Source of the DNA: Candidatus Woesearchaeota archaeon
Lineage (GTDB): Archaea; Nanobdellota; Nanobdellia; Woesearchaeales; WJIZ01
DNA length: 38,407 nucleotides
Assembly (NCBI GenBank): GCA_018303575.1
Contig: JAGVXW010000016.1
Span: 1 to 38,407, forward strand
Direction: 5' to 3'
The position numbers and the translations under genes are program-made. Positions within the stretch are counted from its first letter, which is position 1. Each line of letters opens with the position of its first letter. The notes below the pieces were generated by a model. That model was not told where the DNA came from. It worked only from the letters and a program-made list of their open reading frames with translations, and made no database searches. Below, piece by piece: positions 17,393 to 25,280 of this stretch.

Positions 17393-18900
17393 CTCATCCA
17401 GTATCTCGTCTCTTTCAGTTGCCTGATGTCGTTCCTGTAAATATCTCTCAAGTCGGTGATCTTGTAATAGTCTGCGAGGATGCGCTCAAGGCCGAGGCCC
17501 CAGGCGAGGACCGGGACTTCCTTTCCCAAGAGCGGCTTCACCACTTCAGGCCTGAACACCCCGGCTCCGCCAAGCTCAATCCATTGCTTTTTTTCCGGGT
17601 GGAAGACTTCCACTTCGCAGCCGGGCTCGACATAGGGGAAATGCGCGGGGCGGATGCGAATCTTTTCGAAGCCCATCTTCTGGAAGAACTGCTTCAGGTA
17701 GCCAAGCAGGTGGCAGAAGGTGACGCTCTCGTCGACGACGATGCCGCCCACCTGGTAGAACTCGAAGAGGTGCTTCCAGTCCAAAGCTTCATTCCGGAAG
17801 ACCTTCATGATCTGGAAGGTCTTTATCGGCAGGGTCTTGGCCTGACTGAGCACCTGTGCGCTCAAATACGTATCATGGGTGATGAGCATGAGTTGCTTTG
17901 CCGCTTCCGCATCCCATTTTCCGCCCCAACCCTTCGAACCGGTGGAATGGCCGGATTCGTGAGCTTTCCTGACTTCATCCGCGATTTTTGGCAGCTTTCC
18001 CTTTCCGTCGATGAAGAAGGTGTCCTGCATCTGCCTGGCTGGATGATCCTGCGGGACAAATAAAGCGTCAAGGTCCCAGAACGCTGTCTGCACCAAGGGG
18101 CCGGTGAGCTCGGTGAAGCCCATCTCGAGCCAGATGGAGCGCACATAGTCAATGGCCTGGCTGACGAAATGGCGCTTGCCGCCGTAGACTGAGGGCACTT
18201 TTGACGTGAGATCGTATTCACGAAAGGCCTTTCCCTTCCATTTTCCTGCCTGGAGGAGGTCGGGAGTGAGACGATCAAGGGCAGAAAAGGATTCGAGATT
18301 TAAGGAGAGGAGATCCTTGCCAAGCGTGGTGGGCTCGGCTGTCCAGAGCGTCGCCTTCTCGAGACGGATGATGTCCTTCCTTTTCAGGAGCTCGTCGCTT
18401 ATGGATTTGTCTTTTGGTTCGATAGTTATGAGGGGAAAGGCTTTCCTGAGAAAGGCCTCTTCAGGCAATTCGGCCTCTGTCAATTTTTTCCCTTCTTGGG
18501 TTAGGGATGCGATCAATTCCTTTTCTTTCACAAGCGATACGGCGTTTTTCTTTCTTAAGAGGCCCAGGCAGATATTGAGCTCGTTGATGTCGAGCTTGGC
18601 TTTCTGCATTGCTTCTTTTACCGGAAGCGGGCCTTTTGCCAGCGCGTTGAGGAAGCGGCGCTCGGGAAGGCCCTGCTTGAGATAGAGCTTGCCGTTATTG
18701 CCTAGGACAAGCTGTTCCTTCTCTTCCTGGGTGAGCGTGATGGCCTGCTTATTGGAGAGCCATTGCAGGGCGCGCATCACTTCCACGTCCTGCATCCCTG
18801 AAGCTTTCGCGAGCTCTGGAAGCGTGGAACGCTGCCTCAGGAACGGCAGGAGCTTGCGCTCCAAGGGGTGAAGATTCTGGGCGAGATGCTTGACGTCCAT
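17380..18900 (-). CDS. pheS: Phenylalanine--tRNA ligase alpha subunit (archaeal/eukaryal type with N-terminal wHTH repeats)
   Basis: 506 aa. Class II aaRS motifs ...HPARQMQDTFF..., ...FRNEALDWKHLFEFYQVGG..., ...GCEVEV...ELGGAGVFRPEV...LAWGLGLERI. Confidence 0.93.
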   Translation of the reverse strand: MDVKHLAQNLHPLERKLLPFLRQRSTLPELAKASGMQDVEVMRALQWLSNKQAITLTQEEKEQLVLGNNGKLYLKQGLPERRFLNALAKGPLPVKEAMQKAKLDINELNICLGLLRKKNAVSLVKEKELIASLTQEGKKLTEAELPEEAFLRKAFPLITIEPKDKSISDELLKRKDIIRLEKATLWTAEPTTLGKDLLSLNLESFSALDRLTPDLLQAGKWKGKAFREYDLTSKVPSVYGGKRHFVSQAIDYVRSIWLEMGFTELTGPLVQTAFWDLDALFVPQDHPARQMQDTFFIDGKGKLPKIADEVRKAHESGHSTGSKGWGGKWDAEAAKQLMLITHDTYLSAQVLSQAKTLPIKTFQIMKVFRNEALDWKHLFEFYQVGGIVVDESVTFCHLLGYLKQFFQKMGFEKIRIRPAHFPYVEPGCEVEVFHPEKKQWIELGGAGVFRPEVVKPLLGKEVPVLAWGLGLERILADYYKITDLRDIYRNDIRQLKETRYWMRCPR

Positions 18901-18921
18901 GGCGCCTCAAATCCCGAGGGA

Positions 18922-18930
18922 CTTTTAAGG
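18922..18930 (-). promoter_or_regulatory. TATA-like box (minus strand CCTTAAAAG) for pheST, leaderless spacing
   Basis: Centre ~26 nt upstream of the pheS ATG at 18900. Confidence 0.4.
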
Positions 18931-18984
18931 ATTGTGGTAGTGTTCGGGGGGAAAAATGGGGCTGCGGCCGGAAAGGCTGAAACA

Positions 18985-18992
18985 TTTATATA
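18985..18992 (+). promoter_or_regulatory. TATA box (TTTATATA) for the P-type ATPase, leaderless spacing
   Basis: Centre ~26 nt upstream of the ATG at 19015. Confidence 0.5.
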
Positions 18993-19014
18993 GGAAGGAA
19001 GGAAAGAAGGCGGC

Positions 19015-21717
19015 ATGGAAAAAGAGGAGTGGCATCTTCTCAGCCTGCCGGAGGCCTATAGGAAGCTGGGCTCCTCTGAGAAGGGACTTTCTGCCAAGGA
19101 CGCTGTGGAGCGGCTGAAGGGGGGGGCGAATGTTTTCTCAGAGGAGAAGCATGCTTCATGGCTCACAATCCTGACGACGCAATTTTCTTTTGTTGTGCTG
19201 ATCCTCATCTTTTCGGCCGGGGTTTCGTTCTGGACCGGCGACACTGTGGAGGCTGTGGTTATCTTCATTATCGTGGCCCTGATTGTGGCGCTTGGGTTCT
19301 TCCAGGAGTTCAGGGCTGGCAGGGAGATGGAGGCGCTGAAGAACCTGACTCCCAGGAGAGCAAAAGTGCTCCGCGACGGAAAAGCGGTGGAGCTTGAGGC
19401 TAGGGAGATCGTTCCGGGAGATGTCCTCTTGTTGGAGCGCGGCAATCTTGTGCCGGCCGACGCCCGGCTGCTCTCCTGCAACGGCCTGGAGTGCGACGAG
19501 AGCGCGCTTACAGGGGAGAGCACGGCTGTGGCGAAGGCTACGGCTACGCTTTCGGGCTCAAAAGCTGTGTCTGAGCAAAGCAATCTCGTGTTCGCCGGGA
19601 CGCAAGTGACGAGCGGCAACGCGCTGGCATTGGTTGTACGCACAGGCCGGGAGACGGAGATCGGGAAAGTCAGCACGCTGCTGAGAGATATCGGGGTGGA
19701 TGAGACACCCTTGCAGAAGAAGCTCAAGAAGCTCAGCAAGATCCTTTCTTATATCGTCCTGGGGATCTGCGTCATCATCTTCATGGTGGGACTGTATCAT
19801 GGGCAGAGGATGGCTGATGCGCTCCTCCTTGCTGTGGCTGTCGCTGTTTCCGGGATTCCGGAAGGATTGCCGACGATCATCGCCATTACGCTGGCTTTGG
19901 GCGTGAAGCGGATGGCCCGGCGCAATGTCATCATCAAGCGGCTGCCTGCGGTGGAGACTTTAGGAACGTGCACAGTGATCTGCTCTGATAAAACCGGGAC
20001 GCTGACGCAGAACAAGATGGTGGTGGAGAAGATCTTCTTGTCTGACAAGGAGTTTTCCATTTCCGGGCAGGGATTCGAGCCGAAAGGGTTCTTCTTCTTT
20101 GAAGGCAAGAAAGTGGATCCTCGCAAGCACGCGGGGCTGACAAAGATCTTTGAGATCGGAGTTTTGTGCAACAATTCCGAGCTTACCCGGCGGGAACAGG
20201 ATTGGGCGATCGACGGCGAGCCGACAGAGGGAGCGTTCATTGTCTTGGCGAAAAAGGCGGGAATTGAGAAGGGAGCCCTGCACCGGAAGCACCCCCGCAT
20301 CAAGGAGCATCCCTTCGATCCTGTGAGAAAGTGCATGAGCACGGTGCATCTCGTGGAGAAGCAGCCGATGGTGTACTCGAAAGGCGCTCCTGAAGTGCTC
20401 TTGAAGAAGGCGACGCATTTCTTCGAAGATGGAACCGTAAAAAAAATGACTTCCCACGCAAGGGAAATGTTCCTGGCGAAGAATGAAGCTTACGCGTCGC
20501 AGGGCATGCGCGTGCTTGGGCTGGCTTTCAAGAAGCATCTCTCTAAGAGATTAGAGCTGGAGCATGTGGAATCAGAGCTCGTGTTCACAGGCCTGGTTGC
20601 GATGCGCGACCCTCCGGGGCCGAACGCGAAAAAGTCAGTTGAACTCTGCAAGCAGGCCGGCACCAAGGTTGTGATGATCACCGGAGACAATAAGATAACG
20701 GCGCAGGCCATTGCCCGCGATCTGGGCATCTGGACTGAAGGAGACTTGATCCTGGTTGGGGGGGAACTGGACAAGATCGACGATGAGAGATTCCTGCGCA
20801 TGGTGGAGCGCGTCACGATCTACGCGCGGACAACGCCCAAGCACAAGCTGAGGATTGTGGACGCTTTGCAGCGCAAGGGGCACATTGTGGCCATGACTGG
20901 GGACGGGGTGAATGACGCTCCCGCGCTGAAAAAAGCTGATATCGGGATCGCCATGGGGAAACGAGGAACGGACGTCGCGAAAGAGGCGGCGGAGATGGTG
21001 ATCAAGGATGATAATTTTTCCACCATCGTTGTGGCGATAGAAGAGGGAAGAAACATCTATTCCAATATCCAGAAGTTCATGTACTATTTTTTGGCGTGCA
21101 ATATCACGGAAGTGATGATGATCTTCATCGCGATTGTCTTGGGGATGAATCCGCCGCTTACCGCCTTGATGATCCTGTTCATCAATCTGATCGTCGGCGA
21201 TTTTCCCGCCTTGGGGCTGGCTGTGGAGTCAAGTCCTGCCGCGATCATGCACGAGAGGCCGCGATCGCCCAAGGAGAACGTGCTTTCCGATTACTTGATG
21301 CTGAAGATCGCGCAAGTGGTGCCGTTGATGCTCTTGGGGACGCTTGGGCTGTATGTTTGGATGATCTTCCAGGGGGCGGGATTGGCTAAAGCGCAGACTG
21401 TCGCTTTTACAGCGCTCGTGTTCTTCGAATTGTTCCATGTGTTTAACGCGAAAGCGTGGCATGACTCGGTGTTTTCGCTCAAAACCTTGCAGAACGTGTC
21501 GATCAACGGCGGGATCATCTTCTCAACGCTGTTTCTCTTTTTGGCGATCTACCTGCCGCCGGCGAATCTCATCTTCGGCACCGTGCCCTTGTCTGGAAAG
21601 GAGTTCCTTATTATCCTCGCGGTGGCGTTCACGATCGTAATCGTGACAGAAATCCAGAAGACGGCGATCAATGCCGAGATTCGGGAGAGGGAACGGATGC
21701 TGGTGAAAAGCGGGTAA
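19015..21717 (+). CDS. P2-type cation-transporting ATPase (Ca2+-ATPase-like)
   Basis: 900 aa. TGES, PEGLP (TM4), CSDKTGTLTQN phosphorylation site, TGDN, MTGDGVNDAPALKKADIGIAMG hinge. Confidence 0.92.
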   Translation: MEKEEWHLLSLPEAYRKLGSSEKGLSAKDAVERLKGGANVFSEEKHASWLTILTTQFSFVVLILIFSAGVSFWTGDTVEAVVIFIIVALIVALGFFQEFRAGREMEALKNLTPRRAKVLRDGKAVELEAREIVPGDVLLLERGNLVPADARLLSCNGLECDESALTGESTAVAKATATLSGSKAVSEQSNLVFAGTQVTSGNALALVVRTGRETEIGKVSTLLRDIGVDETPLQKKLKKLSKILSYIVLGICVIIFMVGLYHGQRMADALLLAVAVAVSGIPEGLPTIIAITLALGVKRMARRNVIIKRLPAVETLGTCTVICSDKTGTLTQNKMVVEKIFLSDKEFSISGQGFEPKGFFFFEGKKVDPRKHAGLTKIFEIGVLCNNSELTRREQDWAIDGEPTEGAFIVLAKKAGIEKGALHRKHPRIKEHPFDPVRKCMSTVHLVEKQPMVYSKGAPEVLLKKATHFFEDGTVKKMTSHAREMFLAKNEAYASQGMRVLGLAFKKHLSKRLELEHVESELVFTGLVAMRDPPGPNAKKSVELCKQAGTKVVMITGDNKITAQAIARDLGIWTEGDLILVGGELDKIDDERFLRMVERVTIYARTTPKHKLRIVDALQRKGHIVAMTGDGVNDAPALKKADIGIAMGKRGTDVAKEAAEMVIKDDNFSTIVVAIEEGRNIYSNIQKFMYYFLACNITEVMMIFIAIVLGMNPPLTALMILFINLIVGDFPALGLAVESSPAAIMHERPRSPKENVLSDYLMLKIAQVVPLMLLGTLGLYVWMIFQGAGLAKAQTVAFTALVFFELFHVFNAKAWHDSVFSLKTLQNVSINGGIIFSTLFLFLAIYLPPANLIFGTVPLSGKEFLIILAVAFTIVIVTEIQKTAINAEIRERERMLVKSG

Positions 21718-21726
21718 GCAAAAAGT

Positions 21727-21912
21727 TCAGATTTCCGATTGTTTTGGCACCCTCTTCGGGGGATTGCTTTTTGCCAAGGGACGCTGATGAGCCGTGAAAG
21801 CCGCCTTGACTGAAGAGAACTCTGTCCCTTTTTCTATGGCAGCATAGCCGTCAAGAGATTCAAGATACTCCTGAAGCTGCTCAAGAATCAGTTTCTTGAC
21901 TGGGTTCGGCAT
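21727..21912 (-). CDS. Hypothetical 61-aa ORF (possible remnant)
   Basis: ORF only. It overlaps the next ORF by 25 nt and runs into the T-rich region 10 nt after the ATPase stop. No recognisable motif. Confidence 0.2.
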   Translation of the reverse strand: MPNPVKKLILEQLQEYLESLDGYAAIEKGTEFSSVKAAFTAHQRPLAKSNPPKRVPKQSEI

Positions 21913-22166
21913 CCACGCCGCGCGGCCTTCAGAAGGCCCTCAGCTGTCCTGATAAGATTTCCTTCCAGATTGCTCGCTGGGGCAAATCGATATGGGGGGA
22001 TGAAACATTTTTGCAATCCATGAAGGAGTCTTAGAAGCTTTGGATAATTTCTATGCTGGAGGACATCGCCAAAGACTGCTCTCCAAGCGGCGGGCACTCT
22101 CAGCTGGCAGAAATGAAGAATAGAGCATTCATCGAAGGCGTACTGATTTTTAGGATCGAGGGCCAT
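21888..22166 (-). CDS. Hypothetical 92-aa ORF (possible remnant)
   Basis: ORF only, no recognisable motif. It starts 1 nt after the stop of the 40-aa ORF upstream. Confidence 0.2.
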   Translation of the reverse strand: MALDPKNQYAFDECSILHFCQLRVPAAWRAVFGDVLQHRNYPKLLRLLHGLQKCFIPPYRFAPASNLEGNLIRTAEGLLKAARRGCRTQSRN

Positions 22167-22167
22167 G

Positions 22168-22290
22168 TTATGCCGGAACCAGTTTTTTCAAGTCTGGATT
22201 TTCCAAAGAAAAGGGGTACTCCTTCACGGAGTTGACGATAAACTGATAGTATTTATTGATTACCCGGGAATCCTTGTCTTTCTTCCCCAT
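22168..22290 (-). CDS. Hypothetical 40-aa ORF (MGKKDKDSRVINKYYQFIVNSVKEYPFSLENPDLKKLVPA)
   Basis: Hand-translated and below the ORF-track cutoff. It starts 11 nt after the stop of the 215-aa gene. Confidence 0.15.
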   Translation of the reverse strand: MGKKDKDSRVINKYYQFIVNSVKEYPFSLENPDLKKLVPA

Positions 22291-22301
22291 TTCTTCTTTA
22301 A

Positions 22302-22949
22302 TCATGGGGATCGCCCTGGAGAGAATATGCAAAAAGCATCATGGTCATACGCTTCTTCCAGCCGTTTGAATCGCTTGTCGCGAAGATATTTTGTCAAATA
22401 ATAGCAATACTCTATCAGCGCCCTCAGCGTGATATTCACTATACTATCTTCCGGTATCTTATCAAGCTCTTGATAGAGGTCATAGAAATCGACGTGCAAC
22501 GTATTGACTTTCTGAAGCAAGGTATCCCTGTCCTCGACCTCTACAAGCAGTTTCCTATGTTCGGTATCGGAAATATCTGAAGCACTCAGTGTGCTCAGAT
22601 GCTGAATCTCCTTCTTGAACGCAAGCAATTCCCCTACTGATAATATTTTCTCCAATTTTGTCCTTATTGTTTTCTCCGCGAGCTCAGTTGCGGGCGGCTT
22701 CATCCGATATCCTATGCATGGAGTTCCGTTATACTCATAAGCGTATTTTTCGAAATAGTCATTTGACGAAAGCTTATCCACATCAGGGCTGAAAGAGCCA
22801 AATTTATTCAGCTTGAATTCAATATCTATTGGGATAAGATGGAGATTAAAGCTGGCCAAGAGCTTATTGAGCAAGGTTTTAGAAGAGATTCTATGATTCG
22901 GGGCAAAGCGCAAAATGAGGCTCATGGCCTCGTCTTTTGTCAACCTCAT
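22302..22949 (-). CDS. Hypothetical protein; the N-terminal ~65 aa resemble a winged-helix Panacea/DUF4065-like module, and the C-terminal part is helical/charged
   Basis: 215 aa. SKTLLNKLLASFNLHLIPIDIEFKLNKFGSFSPDVDKL loosely resembles the LKLQKLLY...F.AW.YGPV.P.VY pattern of DUF4065. Low-GC coding region. This is by-eye similarity only. Confidence 0.6.
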   Translation of the reverse strand: MRLTKDEAMSLILRFAPNHRISSKTLLNKLLASFNLHLIPIDIEFKLNKFGSFSPDVDKLSSNDYFEKYAYEYNGTPCIGYRMKPPATELAEKTIRTKLEKILSVGELLAFKKEIQHLSTLSASDISDTEHRKLLVEVEDRDTLLQKVNTLHVDFYDLYQELDKIPEDSIVNITLRALIEYCYYLTKYLRDKRFKRLEEAYDHDAFCIFSPGRSP

Positions 22950-22971
22950 AAAGGCATGAGCGAGAAAGCCC

Positions 22972-22979
22972 TTTAAATA
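22972..22979 (-). promoter_or_regulatory. TATA box (plus-strand TTTAAATA) for the 215-aa gene, leaderless spacing
   Basis: Centre ~26 nt upstream of the ATG at 22949. Confidence 0.45.
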
Positions 22980-22995
22980 TGTTTCTGAGAAAAAA

Positions 22996-23010
22996 CCGGA
23001 AAGTTTCCGG
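22996..23010. promoter_or_regulatory. Perfect 15-bp palindrome CCGGAAA-G-TTTCCGG in the divergent promoter region; candidate operator
   Basis: Read directly from the sequence. It lies between the two divergent TATA boxes of the island. Confidence 0.4.
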
Positions 23011-23108
23011 GAAATCCGACGGAGATTTTATTAAGGACCATCGCTTTGCGTGCTCACAATGTTTATATAGAAAAGAGCGTTATCCGCCCTTCAGGGGACA
23101 CCCAAAAA

Positions 23109-23117
23109 TTATATAAA
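23109..23117 (+). promoter_or_regulatory. TATA box (TTATATAAA) for the 3-gene cassette; a second TTTATATA lies at 23062-23069
   Basis: Centre ~33 nt upstream of the ATG at 23146. Confidence 0.45.
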
Positions 23118-23145
23118 GCCAGTATACGAAAAGGTAAACATCAGA

Positions 23146-23346
23146 ATGGACGCCAACGAATATGACAGGCTGAAAACAACGTTCCTGCAGCTCTTCCCCA
23201 ATGTGCCCACTCCCTTGAGAACCCAGATTATCGCGGTTGTTGAGAATCATACTTTCAGCTGGTTTACGGCCAAAGAGGAGATTAGCCGGAATGGCCCTTA
23301 CGCAAAGCCCATTTTAAAACAGCTGAAAGAGATGAGGGTGATTTGA
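23146..23346 (+). CDS. Small hypothetical protein (66 aa), distant paralogue of the next gene
   Basis: ORF with its own TATA box, ATGA overlap with the next gene. No recognised family. Confidence 0.55.
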   Translation: MDANEYDRLKTTFLQLFPNVPTPLRTQIIAVVENHTFSWFTAKEEISRNGPYAKPILKQLKEMRVI

Positions 23347-23564
23347 TGACAACCTATGGAGAAGATATCAAGAACCTCGTAAAAGAACGGCTTCGTGCAA
23401 TTCCGGCCAACGTGAGGTTTTCTGTAGGGAGCTATGGAGAGTTTACAAGAGAGCAGCTCATACAGGAAATTGACTTAAATACCCCTATCGGCAAGGACAT
23501 CATAGAGATGCAAGTCAACTTCATACGGGAAATGCCGAAAATCATCGCAAAGGCCTCGAACTAA
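23343..23564 (+). CDS. Small hypothetical protein (73 aa)
   Basis: ORF. 1-nt gap to the next gene. It shares the pattern hK..h...h..hP...R ... T.(K/R)E..I...N.P...K.I with the 66-aa protein. Confidence 0.55.
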   Translation: MMTTYGEDIKNLVKERLRAIPANVRFSVGSYGEFTREQLIQEIDLNTPIGKDIIEMQVNFIREMPKIIAKASN

Positions 23565-23565
23565 G

Positions 23566-24207
23566 ATGCTCCTCATTAGAACAGATCACGATTCTGCGAC
23601 CCATTACCTCTTCGAGGCCTGCCATGAGGTCATCGAAGAAGCCAAACGCAAAGGTTTCCAACCCCTTTGCATAGAATCGAAAGAGATAACCCTAACCACC
23701 ATTCAAAAGAGGGTCAAAAAATCACATCCCAGATTCTTTTTCTTTAACGGGCATGGATCGGACTCGAGCGTCTTCGATAATAAAGGCAAAGAACTGATCG
23801 CGAGAAAGGACGCTGACGTCTTTTCAGAAACGATAGCCTTCACACGTTCCTGCAGCTGTTTGCAAAAATTAGGGGAAGAAGCAGTTAACCAGGGCTGCCG
23901 AAGCTTTATCGGATACCGGAGAAGCTTTTACATCTCGCATCTTGATAGCTATGCGACCCGGCCATTGAAGGATCCGGCAGCGAAGCCAGTACTAGAAACA
24001 TCGAATCTTGTGGCGCTTTCGCTGATAAGAGGAAAAACAGTGGGAGAGTCTATTGAAGCATCAAAAAGAAAGTCCGCAGAATATATTCGAGACTTGAGTT
24101 ATAGCAACGATCCCTATCTATCGGCTACCCTCCCCGCACTGATCAACAATGTCGCGGCATTAGGGTTTTGCGGTGATGAAGGGGCTTCTTTGAACGTAAG
24201 CAAATAG
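23566..24207 (+). CDS. Hypothetical cytoplasmic protein with a caspase/gingipain-like (clan CD) His...Cys signature
   Basis: 213 aa. The alternating beta-alpha pattern MLLIRTD / helix / FQPLCIES / helix / PRFFFFNGHGS (His63-Gly) ... ETIAFTRSCSC (Cys96/Cys98) matches the strand-HG and strand-C topology of clan CD peptidases. GHGS recalls the C25 gingipain motif. No signal peptide. Confidence 0.6.
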   Translation: MLLIRTDHDSATHYLFEACHEVIEEAKRKGFQPLCIESKEITLTTIQKRVKKSHPRFFFFNGHGSDSSVFDNKGKELIARKDADVFSETIAFTRSCSCLQKLGEEAVNQGCRSFIGYRRSFYISHLDSYATRPLKDPAAKPVLETSNLVALSLIRGKTVGESIEASKRKSAEYIRDLSYSNDPYLSATLPALINNVAALGFCGDEGASLNVSK

Positions 24208-24220
24208 CAGCAATAAAGAG

Positions 24221-25237
24221 CTACCTCATCCCTTCCAGAACCTTCTTAATCAAGTCTTCTTGGATATCGATGTTCTGCTCAACCTTACCCAGCTTCCTTG
24301 GGAAGACGAACTGCCTGCTCGGGAGGTGCTCGAGCACTTGGTCGACTCCATAGGAATGCTTCTGGGGCGCGCCGAGCTTTTCAAGCAGAGCGTAGACTTT
24401 CCTTGCCTGCGGCGGGTTGAGGATGCCGGCGGCTTCCGCCAATCTTGTTTCGGTCAAGACCCCTAGAGCGAGCCAGTCGCGGTCGCCTAATCTTGAGAAC
24501 GCGTGGCCAAGACGCGTGCCAAAGCGCAGCTGCTTGATGTCAGTCTCCAAGAGCTTGAGCTTCAACTCCAGCGCCTTCTTCAGGCATTTGGCGAGCAGCT
24601 CCTTGTCTGAGGCGAGCTTGGAATGATAATCCTCGAGCAGGATGAAGAAGCGGTCATCGGCGACAATCGCGACGCGCAGCATCTCGATAATGCCCGGAAT
24701 ATAAGCATCCGGAGGCAAGGAATCCAGAAACGCCAAGTCGATCAGGACGCGCTTCGGGCGGTAATAGGAGCCAATCACCTTCCTGCTCTTCTCGGTGTCT
24801 ACCCCCACCCGGCCGCCAATCGGGTGGTCGACCATGCAGTAGAGCGTCGTGGGAAGCAACAGATAGGGAATCCCGCCGTAATAGGTCGAGGATACAAAAC
24901 CTGCCAAATCGGCGATGGTTCCGCCTCCTAAAGCCAGGATCACGGACTCCTTGCCTAGCCCATGCGCAAGCATGATGTCCTCGATCTGCGCCTTCATGTC
25001 GCGGTCATTCTTCCCTGGAGGGATGGAAACCATCACGGCGTTTATCCCGCGGGACTTCATGACACCATGGAACTTCTCTCCGTAGAGCCGCTTAACCGTG
25101 GCATCCGTTATCACACATACCCTGCCGAGATTGAGCTTCAGGAGCCCGTCAGCGACATTGTCAAGGATGTTCGTCCCGATGACAATGTCGAACGAATCAT
25201 CGACTTCCCGCGTAAGATGCACCCGGATCTTTTCCAC
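24221..25237 (-). CDS. aroB: 3-dehydroquinate synthase-like protein (AroB family) with an apparently degenerate metal site
   Basis: 338 aa, GTG start. GGGTIADLAGFVSSTYYGGIPYLLLPTTLYCMVDHPIGGRVGVD...VIGSYYRPKRVLIDLAFLDSLP matches the DHQS core. LRFGTRLGHAFS replaces LNxGHTxGHAxE. Confidence 0.75.
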   Translation of the reverse strand: MEKIRVHLTREVDDSFDIVIGTNILDNVADGLLKLNLGRVCVITDATVKRLYGEKFHGVMKSRGINAVMVSIPPGKNDRDMKAQIEDIMLAHGLGKESVILALGGGTIADLAGFVSSTYYGGIPYLLLPTTLYCMVDHPIGGRVGVDTEKSRKVIGSYYRPKRVLIDLAFLDSLPPDAYIPGIIEMLRVAIVADDRFFILLEDYHSKLASDKELLAKCLKKALELKLKLLETDIKQLRFGTRLGHAFSRLGDRDWLALGVLTETRLAEAAGILNPPQARKVYALLEKLGAPQKHSYGVDQVLEHLPSRQFVFPRKLGKVEQNIDIQEDLIKKVLEGMR

Positions 25238-25259
25238 GGCTGGGCAAGGGCAAAGGAAA

Positions 25260-25267
25260 CTTATAAG
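25260..25267 (-). promoter_or_regulatory. TATA-like box (CTTATAAG) for the aroB-like gene
   Basis: Centre ~26 nt upstream of the GTG at 25237, and 14 nt after the transketolase stop. Confidence 0.35.
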
Positions 25268-25280
25268 GCTTTTGCCAGAA

